DNA of 64,000 nucleotides from Octopus vulgaris (GCA_951406725.2 OX597814.1:162936001-163000000), one strand, 5' to 3'; shown: positions 25,451-39,842, counted from the stretch's first letter. Translations and numbers: made by a program. Notes: generated by a model not told the origin, from the sequence alone.

Positions 25451-27689
25451 CTACCGGTACAACTGATGTTCACTATGAAAAGCTGGAGCTGTCATTAATG
25501 ATGTAGCGACATTTATTTCAAGAAAAAAAACTACTGAACCTCTTTGATGCAATTAATACGTAATCACAGAAATGATGAATCCTTAAGCGATCGTTTAATA
25601 TGCTAGAAATGATAGTAAACTTTACATTGAATCAAATCTTACGATCTTAAAAATGAAGGTAAAATTAACTAATACTGTTGTAATTGCACCATATCTGACA
25701 TTAAAATGTGTTGGAATGCCATTCATCTAAAGTCTGCTCGATAAATGGGGTGGGGAGATAATTAAGCACATTTCGGATTGCTTCTGAATCTCACCAAGTA
25801 GTTTATTAAATAGTTGCATTAATGAGCAATGGATTCATATTTCTAATGATATTTTAGGGATTAATTGTCAATGTTTACATCACTGATTCCCAATCTCAGA
25901 GTGGTTATCTTGACTAATGTAAATATGCATTTGGGTGAGGTAACATCAGTAGACTAGCGAAGCGAGTCTCGGTTTCATGTTTCCATTAACATAATATGAA
26001 TCATTACACTTCAAGAAAGGCAACAGGTCTTAAGTGGAAAAATATATTAAGACTTACACCTACGTAATTTTAATGCATCGTACTGCTCTGAGCCAAAAAT
26101 ATGAAGAACCAATTGCAAACCACTAAACCGTAAATAGACGTTTGTAGCTGATGCTAATTCACTTCAAAAATAAAATTTCTGCTCTAAAAGAGTGCTATGG
26201 TGTATCATGAGAGATCAACCCAGCTCATGCTAAGTTATTTTTGGCTTAGTTTAGTTTAGAGTGAGTATTTTACTATGCTGAATTAGACCCGTATTTCTCC
26301 CGTGGTGGCAATTGATTAATCTTAGAGGGGCACATATTTTTCTTATCGCAATGATGTAATATGCATATTTGTTATACAGTATATGATAAATTTGAACCTA
26401 AAAAATTGTTTATAAAATTAAAACAGCTGCATACGAAGAAAATCTTTTGCACAAGATTAAAAAAAATCTGCTTCGATTCAGTATCATTTGTTCATTTGTT
26501 TTTAAAGACAACGTGAACAAGATGGCGTGCACGTTTTTTTGAAGCTTCGATCGATGCTAAGGTCTATCAGTGGTTTTTGTTAAATACATTATTAAATTTA
26601 TATGAATAAATATTAAATTGAAATAATTCTTATTGCTTTGTAAATTTTACTCAAATGAATTAATTTTTATTGTTTTACAGATTTTAGCTCTTAATTCAAT
26701 ATTCAATAACAAAAAAAAAAAAAGAAAACCTCTAAAATCGATAATTAGAATAAGAACGTCTAGGCATATGTTTTTCTTTCTTGAGAGAAATGAATTTAAA
26801 AAGACTATAGTCTGTCTGCTTCTTTTTTAAGATCTTATAATATTTCAATTTACATTTAACTCAATAAAAATTAAATTCCATATTTAAATACCTAAAATTT
26901 TACTGGTACGGAAGAATAACCATAATTTCACAATTTCACAATATTCAAGATTCCTCCTTTTGAATCTGTTACTGAATAATTTATAAATTTAAATTATTTT
27001 AACAGACGGATAAAAAGTATCAATCTATAAATTTTCAATATTATCTAGAAATACTAAAGAAGGAGCTGCTCATTTTTCAAGACGGTAGCCAACCCCTAAG
27101 CCCCATTTACCTACAGTTATATACTGCAGTCTAGTGCACATCTCTATTTCAGTGTCGGCAATAATTTCTGCACAGTCAGGCGTCATGTCGACCTTAGCCA
27201 TTTCTTGCACTTGATAACCAATCCAGCACAAAACGTATTGCTCCTTCGCAACAGTTTTACATTTGATTGTGGTATGGTGCGCATTAAAGATACGCTGCTT
27301 AAGACCTAGGTGCGTCAAGTTTACCAAGTGCAGCTCCCCGTGATGTTGTCACTCATGACAGATTTATCGCAATTGAGTCAGTGTACTGTCAATATCATTC
27401 TAGAAGCAGCAGTGAATGGGCGTATATTGTGCAGTAACTCTGTGGCTAAATGTAATGGAAGCTTCCTCACATGTAATTTCCATAAACTCGGTTCTATATT
27501 AGTGAAAACCATGAGCAATAATGTAATTTAGACTTAATTGAACTGATAAGTAATGTTTATTCATTTTTCAGCTGACAAGTAGTCAATGTTTTTGCGTGTT
27601 TATTTTTTCAGATAAGTAAACTGAGCTTGTATGATCGAACGCTTCAGCCTTCAGACTAAGATATCATCTACGACTATAAAATACACACC

Positions 27690-29190
27690 ATGTGGCTGAA
27701 AATACGTGGAAACATAGCTACATCATGGTTTCATGGAATTCAAAGACAGAGAAGAGCGTGGGCAGCTGTAAAGTTGCCCACGTGAAAACATTTTGTCAAA
27801 TGAGAACATGTAACCAAAGAAACTACCGGGCCATCTTCGTAACGTCCTCCGTATTGCATAAGATAACTTTGTAACTCTCATCCCCAATGCTTAGATCTTG
27901 TAGGTTTATATATAACTGTCAAGCAAACCAGCACAATCTGAGCATTTTGCGTTGTAGCATATATAAGAATGTTGTAGAAAAAAATCCCATACTACAACGG
28001 AGAAATTGGTCGAGCCTGGGGTTGAAATTCTTGGGCGAAACATGAGGTGAAAGTAAAACAAAGAAGCTGTCATGAGTTCTCTCAGCAAGAACATCATTCG
28101 GCGCCGGTTAGACGAGATGGCGTAGAATATTGAGATGCGCGATAATACATAAGTTTGCGTTCAACTCAATGAGTCACTGATACTTGTAACTGTACTCAAA
28201 TGAACTGCTTTACTTATAAATTATTGATGATCAGCTGAAAGATGAGCACGTATTCAACCTTCCGCTAGAAACAACAGCGACGATATGAGACCTTATTAAC
28301 GATGCTTCAATCTACTTTGCAAAATAAGGAATATAGTGGGGAAAACTAGAACACATTTGGCGAGATGTAGCATTGGCTATGCTCGGAGTAAAATGCAGTT
28401 TTGTTGTATTTGCAAAGAAAGGTCTTTCGCCTACCAGCGATCATTTCACTACTTACTGCCAAGCTATTGTTGTCCAAAACTTTACTGAGTTAAGATATTT
28501 ACTATAATTTGTGTCTTACATGTAATCCATTATATAAAAAGTTGAAGACTTAATACTCGTTAGTTTAGGGTGCTGTGTAAAAATTTTGACTCCATACACG
28601 TGGAAATATTTTCGGTCACAGAGATGAGAAGCTTGTCTCCAAGCAACTTTTCGGTTTCGAATTTTTAAAGAGCGATCGGAAATAGCGGACACTAAAAGCA
28701 TTGCCTTTCATGACAACATCGCACGCCTCTCTATTCTATTAGAGATATTTCGAGAGGTGAATTTGTTGAATTGCTCTCTACAGGAAAAATATTCTTCCAT
28801 TATATGAGATAAGATGAATTATTTTTACCAATAGATGAGTCAATGAACAACGACCTGACTATGTTTACCCGGTTAGAACACTTTCCTCAGATTAGCGACA
28901 TTCAATGCCTGGCAACCAAAACTGGTGGACATCTGCTCATATTCAAAACGTCAATGACAAAACATTTTCCCGAACACAAGATTTTACTGAGGAACATGCA
29001 TGAATAAAAGTCGAATTCTTGAAGATAGGAAAGGCTTCCGAGACAAAGGCTTCCAAGACACATAAGACACTGACGTTGTCGAACGTTTCGCATATTTTTA
29101 GAATCATCATCAAACATTGGGAAGCCCAATGCAAATTAGTCAGGTTACTGAGGTGCATCTGTTTCTCAGCAAAGTATTATGTCCAGTCGA
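27690..29190 (+). pseudogene. decayed hAT (Charlie/Buster-type) transposase
   Basis: Frameshifted motifs resembling RKYxxxYLxxGF, FAxQLDESTD, KDEHVFNLPLETT, AMLGVK and LNCSLQ; TIRs not identified. Confidence 0.75.
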
Positions 29191-29387
29191 AGACTAAACA
29201 TATCTGTGTGTGTGCGTGTATGTGTGTGTATGTACATGTGCGTGTGTGTGTATGTGCATGTGCGTGTGTGTGTACATGCATGTGTGTGCACGTGTGTGAC
29301 GTATATATGTATAATATATATATGCATGTATGCGTGTATATATATATACATATATATGTATATACACATATACATAACGTATGTATG

Positions 29388-29441
<54 letters not shown>

Positions 29442-30555
29442 TGTACATATATATGTGTGTGTGTGTATGTATATATACATTACATATACAGAGAGAGAGA
29501 GAAAGAGAATGAGAAACAGAGAGAGAGAATAATTATATATATATACACGCATATGTATGTGTCTGTTTGCATATATATATATATGTATGTGTGTATGAAT
29601 GTATTAAAAACATCCCAACCTCAAAAGTCCATTATAAAATTCTTAAATGTAACCTACAATTAAACAGGAAATGGTAATTTTTTTCCCCCTTTGTTTGAAC
29701 AGCATAGTTGTACAAAATGAGAAATCTTTTAATCTTTTTATTAGTTTTTAAACTAATACTTTCCTCTCCGAAGGATGTGTATTTCTTAAAAACTCTCTCT
29801 GGGACGAACATCCAAATATAAATCTCTTTCCATTTTCAGCTTCTCTATTTTCTTTGCTTAACATATTTTTTGTGATGTTTCCATTAAATTCAAACCATCA
29901 TTCTGTCCAGGTTATTTATTGTTACCAGATTACACGCCAACTGCTCTCATTATGTCTCCACACTAAATTCTTGTTGATTCTAACCAATATATATCAACGT
30001 CACTTGAAAGATATTATAAAAAAATAATGAAAAAAGGACTCGTGACCGGGTGGTCCAACAAATCTTAGCAAATAACTCCCCCAACACCGTCTGGCCCTTA
30101 TAAATTTATCATAGCATAAGATAGTAGGCTGTTGACAGGCCAAGACATATCCTTCCGGTGGAGATTATTAAATTATATTAACAGTGGCGCAATCTCAATT
30201 TTGCAGTGCAAAAGAAGTCGAAGAAAAGGGAAAACAAAATGTTAGTATATGAAGGAAGACTTTAAAAAAAAAGGAAGAAGTGGGTGTTGAGATCTGTTTA
30301 AGAAAAAGATAAATTCTTCCGTTTGATATAGAAATGAAGTAGGAAGGAGAGTATTTCATTTCATCGGCATCAAACATCTTTAGTATATCACCGTGTAGAT
30401 TTTGTTTCTAAACTATATTATTAGTATTATTATTAAAACAAAAAGCTCAACAAATTATTTTATCTCAGACTCTTATACTTCTTTGAGTTATAACAATCAA
30501 CAGGGCCGACCATACGGGTTAGCATAAGAAGAAAATAGAAAATAACATTTATATA

Positions 30556-30610
<55 letters not shown>

Positions 30611-30710
30611 ACACATACACATATACAAGCATATATATATTCATACGCATATGTATGTATGCATATACATACATATATATATATATGCATATATATATAT
30701 ATATATATAC

Positions 30711-30811
<101 letters not shown>

Positions 30812-30832
30812 AATAAATATATATATATATGT

Positions 30833-31265
30833 AAATAATAGTTATCGCCATACTAATATGGCATTCTTATAAAAATAAGAAAAAAGCTGTCCGCTTATTA
30901 GCTCCATGAGGCCATCGCCTTAAGTTAGCTATTTGATACACAAACTGTATCCATATAACCTTCGAACAAGGGAGGTCAGTCGCTCCACACTACTTGACCG
31001 GCAGCTACAGACGCGTTTCGGAGTATTGCCCCTTTTCAATGCAGCGTAGCCAGCCAGTAGGTGTCCCTTCCGACAATCTCTGTTCGATGGTTTTATTTAC
31101 CTAGTTTCGGTGGAATACATCCACTTGTTTCATGGAGCTAATAAGCGGACAGCTTTTTTCTTATTTTTATAAGAATGCCATATTAGTATGGCGATAACTA
31201 TTATTTTCCGGGAACGCTGCCGCTGTTCTCTTTTAGAGAGACTTAGTTATTTTAATATTTCTATT
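30833..31265. mobile_element. head-to-head foldback element (Penelope pLTR-like) inside (TA)n
   Basis: 77-bp perfect inverted arms at 30833-30909 and 31130-31206; a hammerhead lies in the spacer; (TA)n on both sides. Confidence 0.75.
31004..31045 (-). ncRNA. minimal type I hammerhead ribozyme, U3-A8 core variant
   Basis: GCUGCA-UUGAAAA-GGGG(CAAUA)CUCC-GAAA-CGCG-UC-UGUAGC: stem I, stem II, palindromic stem III and a GUC site. Confidence 0.75.
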
Positions 31266-31309
31266 ATATATATGTATATATATATGTATGTATATATATA
31301 TGTATATAC

Positions 31310-31419
<110 letters not shown>

Positions 31420-32199
31420 ACATACATTTATATGTATATATGTATACATACATTTATAGATATATATGTGTGTGTGTGTGTTTGTATGTATATATATGCA
31501 TATATATATATATATATATATATACTCAGGTATGTATGTATGTTCCAAATTACTTCTTTCTTCCCTAAATAAATATCTTATGACATTTGTTTCTAATTTC
31601 TTTTGCCAACACCAGTCTCTTTTAAACTTTTCTCTATCCCTGTCTATATGACTAAACAATATAAACCAAAAAAAAAAGTATCTCTATTTATGAGTCGCTG
31701 TTTCATTTTTATTCTTCTTTCCTTCTATTTGTGTGTGTGTGTGGGGGGGAATTTTCATATGTATGCATAAGGCGGATTGGCCTACTCATGAGAGCAACAA
31801 ATAGGTTGCCTCCCGGTCATCGTTCTTGCGAGCTAAGTACAAAAACTACTGAGAACATCTTTAATTTTTCATCATTTTTCATAATCTAACAGTCCTGTAG
31901 AGGACTCAATACTTCTGCCTCTGTACTTGTCTCTCTGTCTGTCTGTACCTCTCTCTCTCTCTTTCTGTCTATCTATCTCTTTCTCTCTCCCTCTCTCTCT
32001 TTCTCCCTCTGTCTGTCTGTCTGTCTGTCTCTGTTGTGTCTCTCTCTCTCTCTCTCTTCTCTTTTTTGGGGTTAAATCAGGTACGTTCCGACATGGGGCG
32101 GGATAGGTCCGTCAGATCTGAAGAAGCCCAAAACACGCCGTATATCACATGCGGCTTCCTTATTATCCCTACGACAATTGATAGTCTAAGGCAGTATAC

Positions 32200-32238
<39 letters not shown>

Positions 32239-32243
32239 CCCTT

Positions 32244-32294
<51 letters not shown>

Positions 32295-32515
32295 CTTTCT
32301 TTTTATATCATTCCCTTTCTTTTTAACCATCAGAGTAACTTGTGACTTAAGGAAGGAAAACTTTATGTTACGCAGAACGAATGAAGCGAAGGCTAACTAT
32401 AAGTCTGAAAACAAGTATGGACGTTTAGGACAAACTTATGAAAATGCTTTGGTCAGGCAAAGGAATAATGATCCTGTTGTTGGAGTGTGACTAACGGGTA
32501 TTCTAGTTTTTAACT

Positions 32516-32835
32516 AGCACTCTGTCGGTTACGACGACGAGTTTTCCAGTTGATCCAATCAACGGAACAGCCTGCTCGTGAAATTAAAGTGCAAGTGGCT
32601 GAGCACTCCACAAACACGCGTACCCTTACCTTAGTTCTCAGGGGGAATCAGCGGGGCACAGAATGTGACAAGACTGGCACTTTGAAATACGGATACGTCT
32701 CATTTTGCCAGCTGAGTGGACTGGAGCAACGTAAAATAAAGTGTCTTGCTCAAGGACACAACGCGTCGCCAGGAATCGAACTCACGACCTTGCGATAGTG
32801 AACCGAATACCCTTAACCTCTAAGCTGCACAACTT
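32516..32835 (-). mobile_element. SINE family B (tRNA head plus CORE-like domain)
   Basis: Reverse complement of GTTCGATTCC...GTGTCCTTGAGCAAGACAC...CTCCAGTCCACTCAGCTGGCAAAA. Confidence 0.85.
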
Positions 32836-34149
32836 CACATTTTAGTTTTAGGTAAATGCTTACAGCCAGTTTGTTTTGCTTTGCTTTTTATTGAATTGTC
32901 TATTGTTTTTTAATTAATGTCCATCTCGTGTCCCCTAAAAATCTGCGGCATTCTACAGCTGACATGCGCGCCACAAGCTTACCATCAGTGGACTAAATCA
33001 TATAAAAAGCCTGGTAAAGGTTATCTATTTCCAAACCAATCAGCCAGCAAAGACCAATAATCAGTGTCAGTAATGGAAGAGTGTATAATGTTTCACTAGA
33101 AATCGAACATAAATTTTAAGTTTACTTTACCCGAATCTACCTTGCTAATATTAAAAGTTCGGCACGCTTAGTATATATTCTGAAATATCTAAGAGCATTC
33201 GTATTTTGCACACCGTTTATATTAACAGCTAAAGGCTCGTTTACATGGTTTGTTTGTTTGTTTGTTTCAATCTGGCATTAAAACTATATACGTATGTTAG
33301 TATTGGGTTGTTAAATAAATTCGTTTTCTTTTTTTTTTTTTTTTCCTTCTTCTTCTTGGTATTCCATTTTCATATGTCTGAAAAGAGGCAAAATTTATAC
33401 AAATTGCAAAAAACGATAAACAAAACTTTTAGAAGAAAAATACCGCTAAAAAAAAAATACAAACAAAATTTTACGATAAAAAAAATATCACTGGAAAAGA
33501 TTTAAAATAAAAATCGGTAAAGAACGAACAAATTTATCTGATAACTCAATATTATGATGTACTGAAAATATATTGAGGAGACTATATTTCTCCTAACGTA
33601 GATGAATTTAATTCTTTTATATAGCCAAAACTAAAAGTAATTCAATGTCGCCCATTTCAATCACGACACGATGTGGATTCCTGTCGACAACGTAATTATA
33701 AACTTAATTACGTTTCCATTTTTCTTAGTTTTTTTTTCTTCTTTTTTTTTTTCCCCGCTTCTTTTCTTGTTTTAGCATTCTCTGAATAAAATCTCTGTTA
33801 AATTCAAGGCAGCTTGAGGGAGGGGCAATATAAATTCCGTATAATGGCTTTGTTCATTATTCTTTATTTGAAAGAATGATTTAGATGGAATATATGAACC
33901 TATAAATACATATGCGTGTGTATACACACACACATGTACATACATATATATATGCATATATATATATATGCACACATACATATATATATGAATATATATA
34001 TTCATATATGTATGTGTGTCTGTGTGTGCATGTTTGTATGCATGTATGTATGTATATATGTATGTATATATATATATGTGTGTGTATGCATATATATATA
34101 TGTGTGTGTGTTAGTGTGTTAGTGTGTGTGTGAGTGTGTGTGTGTGTGC

Positions 34150-34200
<51 letters not shown>

Positions 34201-34512
34201 TGCAGAATTTACAACAGGATAAAAGTGTTTTAAAAGTACTCAATAGTGGAATGAGAGTAGATAAAAGACAACGCTGAATACATTTGAGAATATATTTTCA
34301 GTGCAGTTTCATCTTTCGAATCTTCGATTCAATTTCTGGTGATGTCAAAGGTGAAAATATAGTTAATAATATTCTTAAATTTATTCACTATTTTGCTACA
34401 ATATTCGCTGTAGCCCATCTTTTATACCAAGACAAAACAATGTACATGATAACACTTCCAACCAGTTAAGATCAAAAGCCATGAGGGTTGCTGCCTGGTA
34501 CTGCATCAGGGC

Positions 34513-34513
<1 letters not shown>

Positions 34514-34543
<30 letters not shown>

Positions 34544-34639
34544 CCGGCCACTGCCTGGAATCGAACTCGGAATCTTGGGGTTAGTAGCCCGCGCTCTTAA
34601 CCACTATGCCATATGCCCGTGGGCAGTGACCAGAATAAC

Positions 34640-34688
<49 letters not shown>

Positions 34689-34850
34689 GCAACAACAACA
34701 TCGAAAAATACCTTAGGAATGAGAACCCAGGTTCGAAATTTCTCCAAGACACCTAATGAATGCTGGAGGGTATATCAGCCGAAATGTTGTGTTAACAACA
34801 AACAAGATGAGGACAAATATCCGTCAATCGTAAATAATGTAAATAATGTA
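34514..34850. mobile_element. head-to-head element: tRNA-like head, (AAT)n and degenerate hammerhead tail
   Basis: Minus strand 34546-34618 is tRNA-like (TGGCATAGTGG, GTTCGATTCC) followed by (AAT)n; the plus copy restarts at GGCAGTGACC, then (AAT)n and a hammerhead-like motif at 34748-34793. Confidence 0.65.
34748..34793 (+). ncRNA. degenerate minimal hammerhead ribozyme
   Basis: GACAC-CUAAUGA-AU-GCUG(...)CAGC-C-GAAA-UG-UU-GUGUU; the core carries G5A and stem III is altered, so this copy is probably inactive. Confidence 0.5.
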
Positions 34851-34930
34851 TATCCTATGGGACGATAAACAAAATCTGTCAAAGGGCAGAGGATCACAAG
34901 AATGTCAATGACCGTCCAAAAATTTGTGAA

Positions 34931-35282
34931 GGTGCGTGGCCTAATGGTTGGGGTGTTGCACTCACAATCGCGGGATCGTGGTTTCGATTCCCAGACCGGT
35001 TGTACATCCTGTTCTAGAGCAAAACCCATCGTTTCACGTTGCTCCATTTCACTCAGCTGTAAATGGGTAATCTGGGGACGGATTGCCGTACAAGAGTGAA
35101 TTAGAGTGAGGTAAATTAGAGTGAGGTAAACAAGAGTGAGGTAAATCACCCGAACAGAGGTCAAGCGAACCACGTTCCGTATTCAGCGACTGAAAGGATG
35201 AATAGTACAACCCGCATTGTGAATCCCGACTGGTTGAGCTCGTTGTTCAACCACGTCCAAGGATGAATAAATGAATTTACTA

Positions 35283-35329
<47 letters not shown>

Positions 35330-35500
35330 GCGCGTGGCTTAGTGGTTAGGGTATTCGGCTCATGACCGTAAGGTTGTGATTTCGATTCCCGGCGTCGTGT
35401 TGTGTTCTTGAGCAAGACACTTCATTTCACTTGCTCCAGTCCACTCAGCTGGCAAAAATGAGTAGTACATGTATTTCAAATGGGCCAGCCTTGTCACCCT
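34931..35500 (+). mobile_element. two SINE family B copies
   Basis: Heads at 34931 and 35328 (GCGTGGC..AGTGGTTAGG...TTCGATTCCC) with the CORE-like TTGAGCAAGACAC...CACTCAGCTG. Confidence 0.85.
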
Positions 35501-35520
35501 CGTCGTCGTATATATATATA

Positions 35521-35948
35521 TATCAGGTTGGTGTAAAGGAAATGGCTGATATTTTTAGAAAACAGTTTCAGGCAGTATTTTATTAAAATTGTGCCTCTTG
35601 CAATAACTTAAGAATGTTACAGTGAGTAATTTATACATTTTTCTTTATGATTCTGGTTGTATTGACCATAACCTTTTGCTATATTCGTACTCTTGTTCGC
35701 CCTATCTAAATATCACATTAGACATGTCTTACTCTATGAGTTTCATAAAGGTGTCAATGTAAGCACAGCAGAAAAGTTTCTTCAGAGAGTTTATGTAGAT
35801 GATGTAGTGAGTGAATGAAGTTGCAGGACATGGTTTTCTCGCTTCAGAAGTGGGGACGTGAACTTGAAAGACGAGTCAAAAGAAAGTCGTTCAAAACAAC
35901 TTGATTCCAAAGAGTTAGAAGCTTTGTCACAGAAAATCCAACTGCTAT
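35521..35948 (+). mobile_element. mariner 5' TIR and N-terminal transposase remnant
   Basis: TATCAGGTTGGTGTAAAG TIR; HIRHVLLYEFHKG...WFSRFRSGDVNLKDE helix-turn-helix region with a stop. Confidence 0.85.
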
Positions 35949-35949
35949 T

Positions 35950-36390
35950 TCTAGAGAAACCATTAGGCCAGCGGATTTCCAAGATATAGCCACCAGATCA
36001 TCACAGATCCTCCTCCAGGTTTAACAGTTGGAAGAAGGCATCTGGGTCAGATGCTTCATTTGGCTATCTCCATCCGTATACTTGGCCGGTGGTCGGAAAT
36101 AAGGAAGAGGATGATTCGTCCGAGAAAATAACGTTCTTCCACTGCTCTATGGACCAATTCTGTAGGTTTTTACTCCACTCTAAATGTTTTGCAACGTTTG
36201 TTTTTGAAAGTAGTGGTTTTCTGGTTGCAGCCCTCCATGAAATCTGGCTTTGTGCAACGGTTTTTGTGGAAACTGGATTCTCGAGGTGGTCATTAAGCTC
36301 TGCAGTAATTTTGTGATCCTTTCTAACAATTCGAGTAAAGAGTCAGACGGTCCCTATCTGAAAGTTTTGGTTTTCTTCAGCAGTTTTGTT
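35950..36390 (-). pseudogene. Tc1-like transposase fragment
   Basis: KPKLSDRD, ELNDHLENPVSTKTV, WSIEQWKNVIFSDESS and PTVKPGGGSVMIW motifs with frameshifts. Confidence 0.9.
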
Positions 36391-36391
36391 T

Positions 36392-36669
36392 CGCAGGCAA
36401 AATAGAAAATATCAATATAATATAAGACTTATTGAATAATTAATTCACACGATAAGATACAAGGGAATAAAGATTCACAAGTTACAACACGGAGTCCAGT
36501 GGAAGGTGTGTAATTATAAAACATTAAAAGGACATACTAATACACGAAGATAATGTTCCATCGACGGCTCGTTTCATATTGTAACTTGTGAATCTTTATT
36601 CCCTTGTATCTTATCGTGTGAATTAATAGTTCAATAAGTCTTATATTGATGTTTTCTATTTTGCCTGCG
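36392..36669. repeat. foldback element with ~90-bp inverted arms and a half-hammerhead in the spacer
   Basis: Arms 36392-36487 and 36579-36669; minus strand 36558-36575 reads GAAACG-AGC-CGUC-GAUGG. Confidence 0.7.
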
Positions 36670-37774
36670 TATTTATATATATGAGTATTTTTAAATATTT
36701 TTAAATGCCTACGAGTTTTTATCTTATTTCATATCGAAGTTTTTTTATATCTCTATGTATTTATATATTTTTAAAATGCCAACGTATTTTTAAATATTTT
36801 AAAATATTTTTAAATATTTGCGTATTTTTAAATATTAAATATTTATATGTTATATACTTGTATGTTTTAATACTGTATTATCTCTAACTTTATATTGATT
36901 TATTAATGTCAAAGAAAGTACACATATATATTGAATATTCTATTCCCTCTAGTTTTCCGCTGGTATTGCCTCCATTCAAATTATATATATATTCAAAATA
37001 AGCAACAGGATATCAAGTAGTGATGCAGTACGACCGTTTCAAGCGGCTCCATTTAATTGAACAATATACATATATTCAAATCTCTATATATACAACTATA
37101 TATATGCTTACATATATATGTATGTGCGTGTCAAGACGACAAACATATAGCATAAGGGCTTAAGTATCTCCGATTAAAATATTCGGTCTGTACATTCGCA
37201 TTACTAATTGAGCAATCGCTTTCAATATATTGCGTAAGTTTTTACATCCTCTCACACATTCGAATATTAAAACTACATTTGTACACACGCATACACATAC
37301 ACACACACACACAAACATATGCACAAAAATAAGTCCAAAGAAGGTCGAAATCATGTGATCTGGTGGTCTCAGCGCTGGAGGTGGAAAAATGCGCTCTTGT
37401 GAATTTTGCACCAAAAGACAATATGAGAGTTTCTCTCATGGTAACTACTGCTGTATAGTTTGTTCTAACAGAACATCCGCCTTTAAGTGGGGACAAATAT
37501 TATTGCACATAAATACATTCCCTAAACTCTCATACGATGCTTAATCGACAAGATCTCACATATAAACACTTTTATTCAGAAATATCGTCCGTAAGAAAGG
37601 AAGTTTTAAACTGATGTTAACGAGGCTCAGTGATAAGAAGTTTGTTTCTCAACCACACGGTTTCAAGTTCGTCCCACTACGTGGAGCGTCGGACTAGTGT
37701 CTTCTACTATAGCTTCAGGCCGACCAAAGGCTTATGGATGGAGTCATTGGACGGAAACTGTGTGGAAACCCTTC

Positions 37775-37806
<32 letters not shown>

Positions 37807-38241
37807 GCATATGTGTGTATGTGTGTGTATGTGTGTATGTATGTGTATGTATGTGTATGTGTATGTGTGTGTGTGCGCGCGTTTGTGTCGGCTTGTTTAC
37901 GTTACCGTAACTTAACGATCCGGCAAAAGAATAATAAGTACCAGGCTGAAGAAATTAGCACTTTTGAAGGTGGTGCTCCAGCATGACTGCAGTCTAGTGA
38001 CTAAAAGAGTAAAAGATGAATAAAAGATATGCTTCGCTAATGAGGTCAGAATAATACCGAGATATATTCCAAATTAATTCTCGTAGCTTGAGAAAACAAG
38101 AAAATGGTAACCTAAAATTGTTTTTACCTCAACTGAAAATTATTTCAAATTGGGTTTCTTACATTAAATATCTAAACATTGATCTGGCTATTGTTTTATA
38201 AGTGAATGGTGTATCTGAAATATTTATCTGCTCTAAAGAGT

Positions 38242-38326
<85 letters not shown>

Positions 38327-39494
38327 TGTGTGTCTGTGTGTGTATGTGTGTGTGTGTTCTTGTAATTTACTTAGCACATTTCATTTAATACTGCGGCTAA
38401 TACGATGAAAGATATGCTTTACTGGAGAGGTCATTATAAAATTGAAACATGTCCTTAATTATCTCTCGTACTTGTCGAAATAATTAAAATAATATTGACT
38501 AACAAAAATTTTCTGTTTTTTTTTTTAATGCATAATTATTCCTAATAGCCTTTCTGATGTCCCTTTAAGCAGTGCATGAGGGATGCTTACATTTAATGTA
38601 CTTGTTAACTGTGAATCTTTTGTATGCTGTGTTCTCATGTTTCTAACTTGTCCTTCATTGAAACTGTAGTTCTCATGGGCCTGAAGTTGCTTGGAATTAC
38701 TTTAGCTTTGTTGGTTTAGTTGTATAGGTGTGGCTGCGTGGTAAGAAGCTGGTTTCGCAGTCACAAGGCTCCCAACTCAGTCCCTCTGCGTGGTACCTTC
38801 GGTAAGTGTCTTCAACTATAGATGAAGGCCATTTTACGTTCTGAGTTCAAATTCCGCCGAGGTCGACTTTGCCTTTCATTCTTTCGGGGTCGATAAATAA
38901 AGTACCAGTTTCCAACTGGGGTCGATGTAATCGACTTAATCCCTTTGTCTGTCCTTGTTTGTCCCCTCTATGTGGGCAGTAAAGAAATACATTTTAAGGT
39001 TAAACAATTACAACAGTAAAAAGAACTTAAGTCGTAGGATTAATATGTCGCCTGCTTTACACCACTAACTGTACTTCGAGTACGTTCACCGAAGTTTACT
39101 GTTGCATGTATCCAGTTATTCAGGCTAGATCTCTCGGTTCTGAGGATAATTATCTCTATTTTTTTTTTTTTTTGCTATTCGTGTAAGCCCTGAAGAACTA
39201 CGTAAGTGCCACCCTTTCATTTCTGAGTAATTCCTGAAAAAGAGACAAAAAAGAAAAAAGAAAAAATACGAATAAGTACACGTCGCTCTACTGTTGCTGC
39301 CACCATTACTGGATCTCTTCACTCCCAGACTTCATACGAAACAGTTAACTAATTCTTGAGACTCAAAACAACCAACCTTGTTAAATTCCCTTTTCCGCCC
39401 ACGTTTACGACCAGCCGCCAACAATTCAAAACTGAAGCATTAAGCCCGTCAGCCTCGGGTAGCACATAACAATAATACAGTTTACGAAGTGCGA

Positions 39495-39564
<70 letters not shown>

Positions 39565-39799
39565 GCGCACACACACACACACACACACAGAAGCACAAAG
39601 ATATTCAGGCTTACGCATGCACGTCTACACAAATAGAAGCATATGTATATATACATATGCATGAGTGCATATATATATATATATGGAATATATATATATA
39701 AATATACATATGTACAGATTTAATGTGTGTCTACATATTATATATATATATATACACATGCATATATACACATGCATATATACAAGTCATATATACACA

Positions 39800-39842
<43 letters not shown>

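Noticed and set aside
34546-34618. Possible tRNA gene
   Set aside because: Acceptor and anticodon stems pair poorly and it is embedded in a repeat; treated as a tRNA-derived head.
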